Shown: piece after piece, positions 13,611 through 27,290 of the stretch
Layout of the letters: each line of letters starts with the position of its first letter
Position numbering within the stretch: the stretch's first letter is position 1
Assembly (NCBI RefSeq): GCF_006345805.1
Contig: NC_043003.1
Coordinates: forward strand, 111,972,001 to 112,036,000
Length of the DNA: 64,000 nucleotides
Direction: 5' to 3'
Origin: Octopus sinensis
Taxonomy: Eukaryota
Program-made: the position numbers and the translations under genes
Notes under the pieces: model-generated
What the model was told of the DNA's origin: nothing
Databases searched by the model: none
Seen by the model: the letters and a program-made list of their open reading frames with translations, nothing else

Positions 13611-14375
13611 CGAGGATCTCCGAACAACTTCATGATATTAACCACCGAAAGGCGTTAGCACGCCGGGCGAAATGCTGAGCGGCATTTCGTCTGCCGTTCA
13701 AATTCCACCGAGGTTGACTTTGCCTTTCATCCTTTCGGGGTCGATAAATTAAGGACCACTTACGCACTGAGGTCGATGTAACCGACTTAATCCGTTTGTC
13801 TGTCCTTGTTTGTCTCCTCTATGTTTAGCCCCTTGTCGGTAATAAAAAAACAGATATTGGCCACCTGCTAAGAGGTTGGTACCCATCTCAACCGCACAAC
13901 AAGGGGGAATAGGAGGCCAGAAATTCTTTGGCAACGTTGTCTAACTCTTTCTCGAGGTATGGCGAGGAGATGAATCCTGCTGCTATACAAGTTTTCCAGT
14001 AACAACCCTTTCCGGTCAAAAATTGAACACAATCTCCAGCTTCACATAACATGAACCTAAGGCCCTGTTCAATGACTTGGTGATGGATTTTCGGCGTGTT
14101 GACGCTGCCAGAATGTCTCCGTGTCCTTTTTGCTAGCAACGGCTTCGTTTTATCAGCTACAAGTAGTTTGTGGCTGGGTGATAGCAGATTGCTCAAAGCT
14201 GCTGCCCTCAAGTTTCCTCTACGGTTATTCAATCCACGTTTTACACTCTTTACGGTATCCACGGGACATTGATCAGCATTCATGATGTCACCATTTTGAT
14301 ACCTGACATGAATTATCATGATACAGGTAATGCTTTTCCAATATTCCCGCAGCTTTCAGTTCTCCATGTCAGTCG
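13610..14375 (-). mobile_element. Decayed Tc1/mariner (maT-like) transposon remnant interrupted by a SINE
   Basis: Minus strand ~13990-13905 reads V*QQDSSPRHTSRKS*TTLPKNFWPP, matching the WQQDSAP.HT...WPP motif of the 4.7-5.5 kb element. Boundaries are approximate. Confidence 0.65.
13650..13858 (+). mobile_element. SINE group D (Nin/Deu-like central domain)
   Basis: gttagcacgccgggcgaaatgc...gaggttgactttgcctttcatcctttcggggtcgataaattaag; homologous to 44614-44838 and 48890-49117. Confidence 0.85.
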
Positions 14376-14474
14376 CCTTTTTTCTCAACTACAACTGTAA
14401 TCTTTAGCTTCTCCAATACATCGAGTTTTCTTTTTAAAGTAGACAAAACACTAAAATATAGCCCGAACGCCCAG

Positions 14475-14477
<3 letters not shown>

Positions 14478-14540
<63 letters not shown>

Positions 14541-14692
14541 TGTACAGACAAACACACTCACACATACATATACCTGCACATGCATACGTATATAAATTTA
14601 CATATATACATATATATATGCATATATATATATATATGTATATGTATATATATATGTATATATATATATATATATATGTATATGTATATATA

Positions 14693-14765
<73 letters not shown>

Positions 14766-14766
14766 T
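14478..14766. repeat. Compound (TA)n/(CA)n microsatellite
   Basis: Direct reading. Confidence 0.95.
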
Positions 14767-15519
14767 GCACTAGTTGTTGCTGTTTTATATAGTCTCGTAT
14801 TTCGAGCATTTAACAACGCTTGAATATTTTATAGTTCTATGCAAATTTATGCTACTACTATGATTTGCTGCATTTCCCATGTTTCATAAGAAAGTCTAGA
14901 GATAAACAAGTGATTAATCCTATTTAATTTACGAGAGTTGACATTTGTCTCATTATGCAAATGAAATCATTCTGTATTTGCTTTGAGCAACCCCAAAGGA
15001 GAATTCGAACACATCATATGAAGATAATGAAACATTCATAGGTAATAAACAAATCAATAGTCTAAACACATGAGACATAAATCACACGACATTACCTACG
15101 TATTTGAAGTGAATTGATGTAAATGAACTATCAACACATATTTCATTACATCGACTGTATGATAAAGCTGTATAAGTATTATATGAATATTGTGAAAATA
15201 CCCTGAAACAGATACATTAATACAGCCAGTACACTCATTCTCCCCTTTGTCTCTTGAGGTTAAACATCTTGTAATGAAAATACAAAGAAATACAAGAACG
15301 TTTTAATTACGATAATGAGGAACTGGAACTGAAGTAGAAAGCATGAAGGAGGGTTAGAAGAGACTTATGCGCAAAGACGAGTTTGGCAATAAAAAGTGTA
15401 ATGGAATCTAAATTTACATAATCATATTTCCATATGCGAATAGAAATTAGATACACCTTTATACACATAGACATATATAAGAATATATTTACATGTTTGT
15501 GCGCGTAAACCTCTGCATA

Positions 15520-15872
<353 letters not shown>

Positions 15873-18800
15873 TGTAGGATAACATTTTTCGAAAACATTC
15901 TATCAATGGCCAGCATATTAAAAAAAACTTTATATATATATATACATTTACATATGCACACATGAATATATGGGGAGAGGGATAGGAAGAGAGAAAGAGA
16001 GATGGAAAGCGAGGGAAGGATAGAGTGAGGGTTCTGCCTTCAGAATTAAATATATCCATGAAGCAGTTCTGTAAACTGATATCTGCGAAAATAACGTAAT
16101 TGCTTTCAACAACACACACAGAATGTGATAAGGTAAATTGGCTGGTCATTAATAACAGTTATTTCCAATAAGCACTTTCAACAAGAGAGAACTTATATAA
16201 ATTAGACTGTAATTTGTGTTCATGCGTGCGTGCGTATCTGCGTATGTGTTCGTGTGTATTTGTACACACAAGTTTGTGTATCTGATATTTATGTGTATAT
16301 CATGGATCAATTAGAGACATTAATAAGGTGAATGAAAAACACCCTGTTATCACATGTCATGGAATAACATAGCCTGTGATTTTATCGTTACTTAGTAATG
16401 AACAGTAATACATAAATACTTAATACTGTATACTTCGTACACTTACTTCCAAATCGATGTTTGTTATTTGTCTTTTGTTGCATTTTTGTTGTTAGTCACA
16501 GAAGAGACTACAAAAACTTGATAAATATATCTACGTGGGCGTGATTAATAGAGATAATCCCGGCTTTTAGAGATTTGCTTTTAGTCATTGGAGTAAAGAG
16601 CAGGAATAAAACAATTAGTCTCCTCCAAATAGAACGGTTCATATGAGTTTCTGGCAAGTGAGACACAAAGCTAAATATTATTTTTAGCGCTCCACCCACT
16701 CTGACAATCCATCGTTTTTATTCTGATTAAGTATTTTGATTATACATATTTTATGAGGTACGTAATAATCATTTGGCTTCCAGGATTACAGATAGAAATG
16801 GTGAGGTAGGGAATGCAAAATGCTGATTACTGAAAAACCTGCTACTCATTTGGGTAAATGTTACAACTTTAGATTATTTTCGTATACAGTATTGTGAGTC
16901 TTCAAATCTAATGCTACAGAATAAATTGTGAAACCTCAACATGTGTGCATTTTAGAAGAGCATATGGCAAAGACAGTTTTATACATAGTATCCTTAAATC
17001 CTCGAAGCACTAAATGAGAGGACAATAAACATGATACTAGCTCGAATATGTCTGAGAGATATTTGAACTCGTAAAAATGCTTTTGACTGCAGATTATCAT
17101 GGAGACATATTGATGAAGACACAGTTCGTTAAAAACACAATTGTCAGTTGAGAGCGGTACCCTGTTGGTTTGGTTGACACGTCATTTTCGAAGTAATTAT
17201 TCTCTCGTCAGCACCTGATACGAAAGAGAGTCAATTCTAAACTGCGTAAGGGAAACGAAACAAAATTGTAGACTGGTGGCGTATTTCTTTTGGCAGGCTA
17301 TTGTAAATTCATCAGCATATGCATTAAGTAGTAACTGAGAGAAAAATAAACTTTCTATAAAGTGAGAAGTATTTTCCCTGGTCTAAATATATCTCAAACA
17401 CTCTTGAAGCGGTATCATGTTTTTAGTACCTGCATTTAGAATACGATTGCTTTACAGTGCGGTTTATGACACTGTATTTTCCAAATGGCAGGGGTGACCA
17501 TGATACTTATGTGTTTATTCTAAGATTAGACTATTTTGTAAAATATGTTATTGAATTACTTGGGCATAAAGTTAAACTTATGTGTGTATGTGTCTATATG
17601 TGTGTTTACGCATGTATGCGTATGTGCGTAGGTGCCTGCTTATATATGTGTATCGTTTTATTCTACATGAAATTTTACAGCATTAAAAAAGCAAATGTAA
17701 AAAAATGCATATATGAAGTTAAGTATATTAATTTATATTATTGAAATTATAACAATTAATTATTCTGTCCTAAGAATTCGTGCCGTCTAGTGGTGTGCTT
17801 TCAGATATATTGTCAATAACCTGTGTTTCTCTCCCGAGACAGTTCTTGGAATGAAGGTCTTTAGGCGTTTCAGTGTGCATGAAAATGTTAAATATAATTT
17901 CTACACATCGATAAGAATACCTAAAAGAATTAATAATGTGAGTAGATAATTCTAACAGTTTTACATATTTGAGAAATTTCTTGTGAGAAATATGTGATTT
18001 ATATTTAATTCATCGTATTAATTCCGTTCAACACGATACGGTTGAAGAGGAAGTAAATATCAGTGACGGCGCAACAGCATGGCTTCAGCCCAATGACTAA
18101 AGAGGTATAGTAAACTAATAGAATTAGCGCACCATTTATAAGTTTCTCCTCCATAACACAGTTTTCTATCTCTCCTTCCACGCTCAAGACACTCAAGATT
18201 CTTTGGCAGCATGTACTAACCGTTATTGCTTTCCTTATGTCATTCAAACATGTCAAGCCTTGAATAAATTATGCAATTGGCCAAAGAAGCTATATCACGT
18301 ATAAGATCACAATCCAGCATTGGATTTCATGAGATGTAAAAAATATTTGTGTGTGTGAGAACGGGGCCACACAAATGGGTGTTTGTGAGAGGAATAGATA
18401 CAGTGGCCTAGAGAATTAGAATGATATGTGTATAAATTACCTTTTGTGTTTCAGTTTTATACCGTGGCCGCGCTGGGGAATCACCTTGATGGTTATTCTA
18501 GTCGAACAAATCAACCCCAAGGCTTTTTCAACCTAATACCTAACTTATGGATCTCTTCTGCTTTGGGTGAATATGTACTGCACTTGAACCAACTAAATGC
18601 ATATAAATGTCAAAGGACATTAGGACACTTGTCGGGCAGAGACACGTGTTGGATTGAAATTTGATGTAAATTTAATGAGAATTCAGTAATAAACCAATTT
18701 CTTCTTTATGATGTGTTATTATTCTCTGCGTGTTGTATGAGATTCAGTGAAACGAACTCAGGATTTACATGTCGAGTAATGTACCGCCTAATTGCTTATC

Positions 18801-18970
18801 TTAAACGATTTTGTATTCTTCTTATCTTTCGATACGGTTAGCCAGATCTGGATTGTATCGGACGGCTAATAAATTACAGACACTTCCTTCAAATCCCTAT
18901 TATTTTATGTTATATATGAGCACGTGCCTGTGTATGTGTGCATGTAGATAAATAGATAGATACATACACA

Positions 18971-19038
<68 letters not shown>

Positions 19039-19710
19039 CATATGTACTTACAACGCGTGTACATACACCCACATACGACATGCCAGCCAATCATCAATGT
19101 CAGTAGGGCATTGATCGTCCCGTGCCGATAGAAATATTGCCATGGCACTATGAAGTGTGACAGAACCAGAACTTACGTGCCTTCGAAGGAAACATCTGAA
19201 CGAAACATTTGCAAATAAGAATCGGACGTGAATATTTGGTTATCGAACTAACAAGATTAGGAAACCAAGTATATTTACACTATTAGATTACAAACACTTT
19301 GTATGAATGAATTGCTAGATAACTGTTACTTCCAAGAATTAAATATATCGGTAGATATAGAAAAATGTATAGTGCCGTTGCGGTATCTGACGACACGAAT
19401 AAATTACAATAAGAGAAAATGCAGCAAAGGGAAATAGAAGGGAAGAACATAAAGTTATCAGACATAGTCAATAAAAAGTTTAGGAATAGAAAAATAATAG
19501 GGGACAAAAATATAGAAATGTAAGTCTGAAAGAATATGAGGTGCGAATGGTAATTAACAAATTAAGAATACATACAGATAGCTAGCTAGACAGATAGATA
19601 CGTTTGTATAAAAATATCTCACTCTATCTCTTACTATCTCTCCCTCTCCCCCTCTATATAAATATTTACACACACATATATATATATTTGTATAAATACG
19701 TATGTATATG

Positions 19711-19781
<71 letters not shown>

Positions 19782-19930
19782 ATATATAAATACGTCTATA
19801 TATATATATATATGTATGTATGTATGTATATACAATCTCAAATAACAGTGTATGTGCGTCATATGAGAGAGAATTATTAATTAATTAACCCGGCTATTGA
19901 TTTTACTCTCCACTCAGCCCGTACTAAGAG

Positions 19931-20340
19931 AAGTGTAGGCCGATGTGGTTAAAAACTTTTCTTCCGTACCACATGGTTCTGGGTTCAGTCGCTATAAGTG
20001 TTCCCTTCGGTAAGTATTTTCTACTATAGCCCTGGGCCGAATAAATTCTTGTAGGTGCACTCGGTAGATGAGAAATTAATGAATCCCATGGTATAGAATT
20101 GTATTCATACGTGTGTGTTATGTGTTTGTGTTTTCCACCCTCCACCGCTTGGCAACAGGTATAAGTGTGTTTACATACCCGTAACATAACGGTGCGTCAA
20201 AAGACAACAATAAAATAAGTACCTTAGCGTAAAAGAATAAATAATGGGGTCGATTCGGTCGACTAAATTTCTTCAAGGTGGTGTCCCCGCATGACCGCGG
20301 TCAATTGACTAAAACAAGTAACAGACAAAAGATAAAAGTA
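19931..20340 (+). mobile_element. SINE group A, diverged copy
   Basis: ccacatggttctgggttcagtc (B box region), cttctactatagccctgggccga and tail ctaaaacaagtaacagacaaaag; homologous to 54821-55257. Confidence 0.8.
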
Positions 20341-20821
20341 ATTACTAACATCGCTGACTCAGAGTCTCCACCTCTTTCTTCCCCATCTGTCTCTTTCTCT
20401 CTCTCCTTCTCTCTCTCTCTCTCTTTATGACTTCTCTTGTACTTGTTACTATTACCGTTGATACGATAGGTGTATCTACTGAGTTATGTTTTACTTCTGT
20501 TTAGCTTTAAAGTATCCCTATCATTTGATTTCTGGACTATCGCCAGAAATCAGTTTTTCTCTGTAAAAATAAAGGTAAATCTTAAACTGTATCAAAGATA
20601 AAATGTTCATGAATTAACATCACCACGATACGATGGCGATTTAAATCTGTTAAATTCTTCAAATATTGATGCAGTGATAAATGTAACAAACACTCTCACT
20701 TATACACACACACACACACAAACATACAAATGCACACATATATATACACGTGCTATAACTTTATTATTAGGTTAGAATGCAAGACACAATCTACCAACAT
20801 AACATGCATACATATGCATAC

Positions 20822-20852
<31 letters not shown>

Positions 20853-20858
20853 CTTATG

Positions 20859-20920
<62 letters not shown>

Positions 20921-20970
20921 CAAAAACTGTCCGATGAACGGCAACGGGAAACTCAGAGTAACAGGTTTTG
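20921..20970 (+). ncRNA. Minimal type I hammerhead ribozyme motif
   Basis: Stem I caaaaactgt/acaggttttg (9 of 10 pairs), core CCGATGA, stem II a-cg-GCAA-cg-g, GAAA, near-palindromic ACTCAGAGT, GUA triplet. Confidence 0.65.
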
Positions 20971-21068
20971 TTGAATTTTCTGCTGCTTTAAATAAAGCAT
21001 ATTACTCTACCACTGGTATTTGAGTACTCTTTTTTCCCCCTTGTTTCACATTTATGTGTTTACTCCGG

Positions 21069-21134
<66 letters not shown>

Positions 21135-21141
21135 TAGATAC

Positions 21142-21188
<47 letters not shown>

Positions 21189-21225
21189 TGCATATATAAT
21201 TACATATATATATATACACACACTA

Positions 21226-21299
<74 letters not shown>

Positions 21300-21723
21300 C
21301 CGGATTTCTTTCAGTTTCCGTCAAACAAATCCACTCATAAGGATTTGGTCGGCTCTAAGATATAGAAAAGATGAAGAGGCCAGCCACATCGCCAGCTACA
21401 CCGACGCGAAGGGTTGCACCTTGAACATACATGTATAGATTCCTGTTAAACTTTACTATGTGGTTCATCAAGGTGATTATAATGCTAGCCTTTATTGCAT
21501 GTGCAATCTTTCATTTTACCTGATTGTTGTTCTCAGGGTCTTGGGTGGGTACGGTCTAGCCACTCCAGCACTGAAGACTGATACACGTAACAGTATACAC
21601 ACACACTTCCCTTCACACAAGGACACATTTGGAGACACACATCCATTCATAACAGACACAGTACATAGTCACAAAACCCACACACAGACACACTCATACA
21701 TACACACAGAAGGAGATAGAGGT

Positions 21724-21756
<33 letters not shown>

Positions 21757-22113
21757 CACACACACGCATACATACAAACAGACGAACAAGAAAACACAAA
21801 AACATCATTATGCTGAATGCATTCATACAAACGTAGAGTCATACATATTTGCAAACACACACATACATGCATACATACATGCATATCTCTATGCGCACGC
21901 ACACTAACACACACGCATGCGCACAAACAAACAAACAGAACGCAGTTCGGATAAGGGACAGATTTGCAAGACGGAACGAAAATTTTAGAGAAAATAGATA
22001 TGTAAAAGAGTGAAAACTTAACTGGGGAGTGTATTAAATAACAAGGCACTAAAAGAGAATTCCTCTCCCCAGACACAATAAAATATGCTTGAACACACGA
22101 ACTCACATAAGGA

Positions 22114-22150
<37 letters not shown>

Positions 22151-23563
22151 ATATATATATAATTAAATCAAGTACAAGGAGAATAGGGATGAAAACATCT
22201 TTCACTGGTTCCACGGTTAAATACAATATTACATACAGATATGTATGTATATGCATTTTAACGCATCTAGGAAATAACCTTCTTATATATCTGCACCGCT
22301 TTAACCCCAACCTAAAATAGCATTGAGAATCATTTTTCTTTTTTTTCTTTTTTTTTTTTGGCATAACTTATAAAATGTGTCCTGTTTACCAATGGACCAA
22401 TATTATTTTCGTTTCGTTTTGTTTTTCAAACAAAAGACGATTCTATTTTCCCGCAAATTCTAAAATTATTCCCTTACACTCTGATACTGCTACTCGGCGA
22501 ATTTTCAACCAAAAAAGCATGTTTTTATTGTTCTCTTTCTTTAAATTAACTCTATTTTATTCCTGTCACGTTATACAAGACACACGCGCGCACATATGTG
22601 TGTGTGTGTGTGTGCACATATCTGCCTATACCTACGTGTACATATGTGCATATTTATATTTGCGTATGTGTATATGTACATGTACATATGTATGTTCAGG
22701 TAATTTCTTTAAGGTTATTTTATAAACCCGACAAGCACACGAGTTTATTTTTCAGATTTTATATGCCTATTTCGTGTTATGCTTTGGTTACTATGACATT
22801 AACTGTATTCAATGTATAGATACAATACATGAACTTCAAGTGTTAGGAAATCAAAGTTTCCTTCATTCGGGGAAATATTTTTATTTGTATTTAATCTGCC
22901 ATTTTGACATTTTGTGAAACAATGAAAATTAAAAGGACGTCCTGCGGATCTAGGTATGTGTTCCTACGTGTGCCATGCATGAAAATCGAGAGGAGAGAGA
23001 AAGAGAGAGAGAGAGAAAGAAAGAAAGAAACAAACAAACAAACAAATAAAGCGAAAGGGAGAGAAACAATATGAGAGAAATAAAAATGTATTGTATTTAT
23101 GTATGATAAATGGGATTGTATTTTCTTTTTCAGGTTGTATCAATAAATCAAATTTCCATATTTTCTTTATGTTATTTGCCGTATATCCATGAATAAAAAG
23201 ACACAGCGCACATTAATAATCTACATTGTCGTGAGGAAGCAAATAATAAAATCTGAAAGAAAGTATACAATATGTTTTAATCAGGTTTATCAAATAAAAA
23301 TATTAAACAATAAACATATCTGTAGTGAAGTAGTGAGTCTTATATTCCTTTCATTTTTCTGTCGCAGTCTATCTGCCCGTTCCGCTATCTTACATTATCT
23401 ACCTCTTTGAATCTTTTCCTCCCTATAAATCTGTCAACCTCACCATATGACGATCTCTTTGACTCAAGTGTTTAATAACAACGCTCATACGTTGTTGCTT
23501 TATCAATAAAAGTGTACATACGTGTACACATGTATATGTATATATGTATATATGTTTATATAT

Positions 23564-23660
<97 letters not shown>

Positions 23661-23843
23661 ATTATATATATATATATATATGTATATATCAATATACGTA
23701 CATGTGTATGTACATATATATGTGTGTGTCTGAGTGTGTTTATATTTATGTGTGTGTGTGTGTGTGTAAGGATAAGATCGTTAATTTAACTATCAATCTG
23801 ATCAAGTGGGCAACGTGGGAATAAAGACCTCCAAAGTTAATAA

Positions 23844-24008
23844 TAATTATAATTTAGGTTATCTAAGTGATACCACCACGCTGGAAATAGCAGCCAAAAT
23901 TTGAATCTAAAACCACATTAAATGTTCATTTAACGTAGTTTTTAGAGTCAAGCTTTGGCTACTAAATCCAGCGTGGTGGTATCTCTTGGATATGCTAAAT
24001 TATAATTA
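23844..24008. mobile_element. ~165-bp near-perfect palindrome (foldback/MITE-like)
   Basis: 23844-23924 is the near reverse complement of 23927-24008 (e.g. gataccaccacgctgga / tccagcgtggtggtatc); 2-nt centre. Confidence 0.8.
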
Positions 24009-24611
24009 TACATATATATATATATATATATGCGTGCCTGTGTGTGAGTGTGTGTGCCTTTGTATGTCTGTGTGTCTGTCTGTCTGTCTGCGTGTGTGTC
24101 TGGCTGTTTGTCTGCTCAAATGGCTTCTTTCAGTTTCCGTCAGCAAAATCCACTTACGCTAATTGGTTTCACGTTGTGGTTCGGAAGTAAACTTCTTACC
24201 ACGTAGCCACACCTGCGACTATACCCGTGTCTTGATACATAAATATGCATACATTCTTTACAAAAACTATATTAGTTTTCTTTAATGAGAAAGCAAAAAA
24301 AGTGAGAGTGAGACAGAGAGCGAGAGCGATATGATTTTGAAGAAACGTTTTTTTACTTACTGATGTCGTGAACTTAGGTATTTTAGAAATGAGTGCAAAG
24401 TGCGATTGGTGTCAGGCTCAGGCAGGTAATATTTCTTGGAGATGAAGATTTAAAGCATCAGCACAGCTGTCAGTGAACCACTTCAGGAGTTCGTGAGCAT
24501 AAACATTTTGTTTTATTTGTGCAGGATTTGAGGGTATAATTGAAAGTAGTTTCGGTCCCTTGCCTGATTATTTTTGATGGATCGATCCGACAAGTCGGAT
24601 GGCTATATATA

Positions 24612-24633
24612 TAGACAGACAGACAGACAGACT

Positions 24634-24727
<94 letters not shown>

Positions 24728-24740
24728 TAGATAGATATAG
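24612..24740. repeat. (GACA)n/(GATA)n microsatellite
   Basis: Direct reading. Confidence 0.95.
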
Positions 24741-24822
24741 ATATGCATGCATATATATACATATATATGTGTGTGTGTGTGCTTGTGTGAATGTGTGTCT
24801 GCGTATACTTATGTGTGCGTGC

Positions 24823-24882
<60 letters not shown>

Positions 24883-25530
24883 AAATACTCAAACTGAGAC
24901 ACGAAGAATTGAGGAAACTCAGTCAATTATTCAAAAGATATTTACATTATCCCCTTTATTTGGTTAGTTTTTTTGTTTGTTTTTTTGTACCAGCCATATT
25001 CAACTTTGCTCAGTGTATTCTTTGATTCTCTTACTTAACTCCTAAACATTCACTTTTATCTCTCTTACTATATCTGTCTCTCTATCTATATCATTGAAAA
25101 TGTGAGCATATATATTTGTTGTGTGTGTGTGTTTGTGTGTATATGTGTGTGTTTATGTATATGTGTGTGTATGTATATATATATATATATTTATGTTTCT
25201 GTGTGTCTCACGATGACAAATATATATTTATTACCGACATAAATATGTACCGCTACGACATCAAAAGCATATATTATCTTTATAGAGTCTGCCAAAATAA
25301 ATTCCAAAGTGTGGTCAAGTGAGCATAGTATATGAAGAAATAATGCAATTAATGTCTAGATACTAATTTTGTTCTCACTGCACAGTTAGCTTTTGATTGT
25401 AAAAATACGATTTTAAAAAGATGACTACGATTCACTATAACTTTTATTGAATTTATTCCGCAATGCTTCAAGTTCGGTATTAATAATTATGAAAATGATC
25501 CTAACTGAAACTTCAATGATTTTGTAAGTG

Positions 25531-25581
<51 letters not shown>

Positions 25582-25587
25582 ATATAC

Positions 25588-25979
25588 TCATTTACTCATT
25601 TACTTGTTTCAATCAATGTGACTGTGGCCATGCTGGAGCACCGCATTTAGTCGAGGAAATCGACCCCAGGACTTATTCGTTGTAAGCCCAGTACTTAATC
25701 TATCGGCTTCTTGGGCCGAACCGCTAAGTTACGGGGACGGAAACACACCAGCATCGGTTGTCAAGTGATGGTGGGGTGAACAACACAACACATAATCATG
25801 CACATATATATATACATATATACGACGGGCTTCTTCCAGTTTCCGACTACTAAATCCACTCACAAGGCTTTGGCCGACTCGAGGCTATAGTGGAAGACAC
25901 TTGCCCATAGTGCCACGCAGTGGGACTGGAACGGAACCATGTGATTCGTAAGCAAGCTACTTACCACACAGCCACTCCT
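25588..25979 (-). mobile_element. SINE group A (tRNA head, internal microsatellite)
   Basis: Reverse complement starts aggagtggctgtgtggtaag (A box) ... gttccagtccc; body matches 32401-32816 and 54821-55257. Confidence 0.9.
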
Positions 25980-25980
25980 A

Positions 25981-26062
<82 letters not shown>

Positions 26063-26071
26063 TTTTTTATT
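25980..26071. repeat. (TTA)n tract, start of the RLE-element cluster
   Basis: Direct reading; further (TTA)n/(TAA)n tracts at 26618-26778, 27277-27290, 29011-29133, 30217-30277 and 30617-30722. Confidence 0.95.
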
Positions 26072-26617
26072 GAGTGAGAGAGCATTGCATGCCATCAAAG
26101 TGACACTGAGGTAAACTATACGAAGCCCGGTATACCCATCATGACTAGCCATCTGATAAGGGTACACAAGGCACATGCATCACAACCATATGTGCGCGAC
26201 ATGGTGATCTCATATCAAGATGAACAGCACATGGCCTTGCAGGTGGGGCCCAGTTAGAATTTTCTTCAGGTTGAGTAGCCCATTCCGCTCAAAAGGCCCC
26301 TGAATAAGGGTTGTTTAAGGATGTTGAAAAAAACACCTATGTTTCCATAGGTGAATTTATTCAAATTCCAAAGGATCCCTCTCAACACATGGCTATCATG
26401 CTCCCCCACTACTTCTGCTCGTGCTCAGAGATGCACATATCGTCAGCCACTAAGGGACATGCTCAACTGGTTAAGGTCAAGCAAATCTGTGGTATTGAGC
26501 AGAATATTTGCTGTAGCCCATCTTTTATACCAAGACAAAACAATGTACATGATAACACATCCAATCAGTTAAGATCAAAAGCCATGAGAGCCACTGCCTG
26601 GTACTGCATCAGGGCAT
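26072..26617 (-). mobile_element. Non-autonomous (TAA)n-associated element X, copy 1
   Basis: Flanked by (TTA)n on both sides; highly similar to 26779-27276; no intact ORF; vestigial RLE-like translation on the minus strand. Confidence 0.8.
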
Positions 26618-26653
26618 ATTATTATTATTATTATATTATTATTATTATTATTA

Positions 26654-26757
<104 letters not shown>

Positions 26758-26778
26758 TATTATTATATTATTATTATT

Positions 26779-27276
26779 GAGTGAGAGAGCAGTGCATGCC
26801 ATCAAAGTGACACTGGGGTAAACTATACGAAGCCCAATATACCCATCATGACTACCCGTCTGATAAGGGTACACAAGGCACATGCATCACAACCATATGT
26901 GCGCGACATGGTGATCTCAAATCAAGATAAACAGCACATGACTTTGCAGGTGGGGCCCAGTTAGAATTTTCTTCAGGTAGAGTAGCCCATCCCGCTCAAA
27001 AGGTCCCTGAATAAGGGTTGTTTAAGGATGTTAAAAGAACCACCCATGTTTCCAGAGGTGAATTATTCAAACCCCAAAGAATCCCTCTCAACTCATGGCT
27101 ATCATGCTCCCCCACTACTTCTGCTCGTGATCAGAGATGCACATATCGTCAGCCACTAAGGGACATGCTCAACTGGTTAAGGTCAAACAACTGACAAGCA
27201 AATCTGTGGTATTGAGCAGAATATTTGCTGTAGCCCATCTTTTATACCAAGACAAAACAATGTACATGATAACACT
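26779..27276 (-). mobile_element. Non-autonomous (TAA)n-associated element X, copy 2 (5'-truncated)
   Basis: Same 3' end (ctctctcactc + aat repeats on the minus strand) as copy 1; lacks ~60 bp at the 5' end. Confidence 0.8.
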
Positions 27277-27290
27277 TTATTATTATTATT

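Noticed and set aside
26595-26617. cctgatgcagtaccagg at the X 5' end resembling U2 snRNA stem-loop IV
   Set aside because: The match is too short and there is no other U2 similarity.
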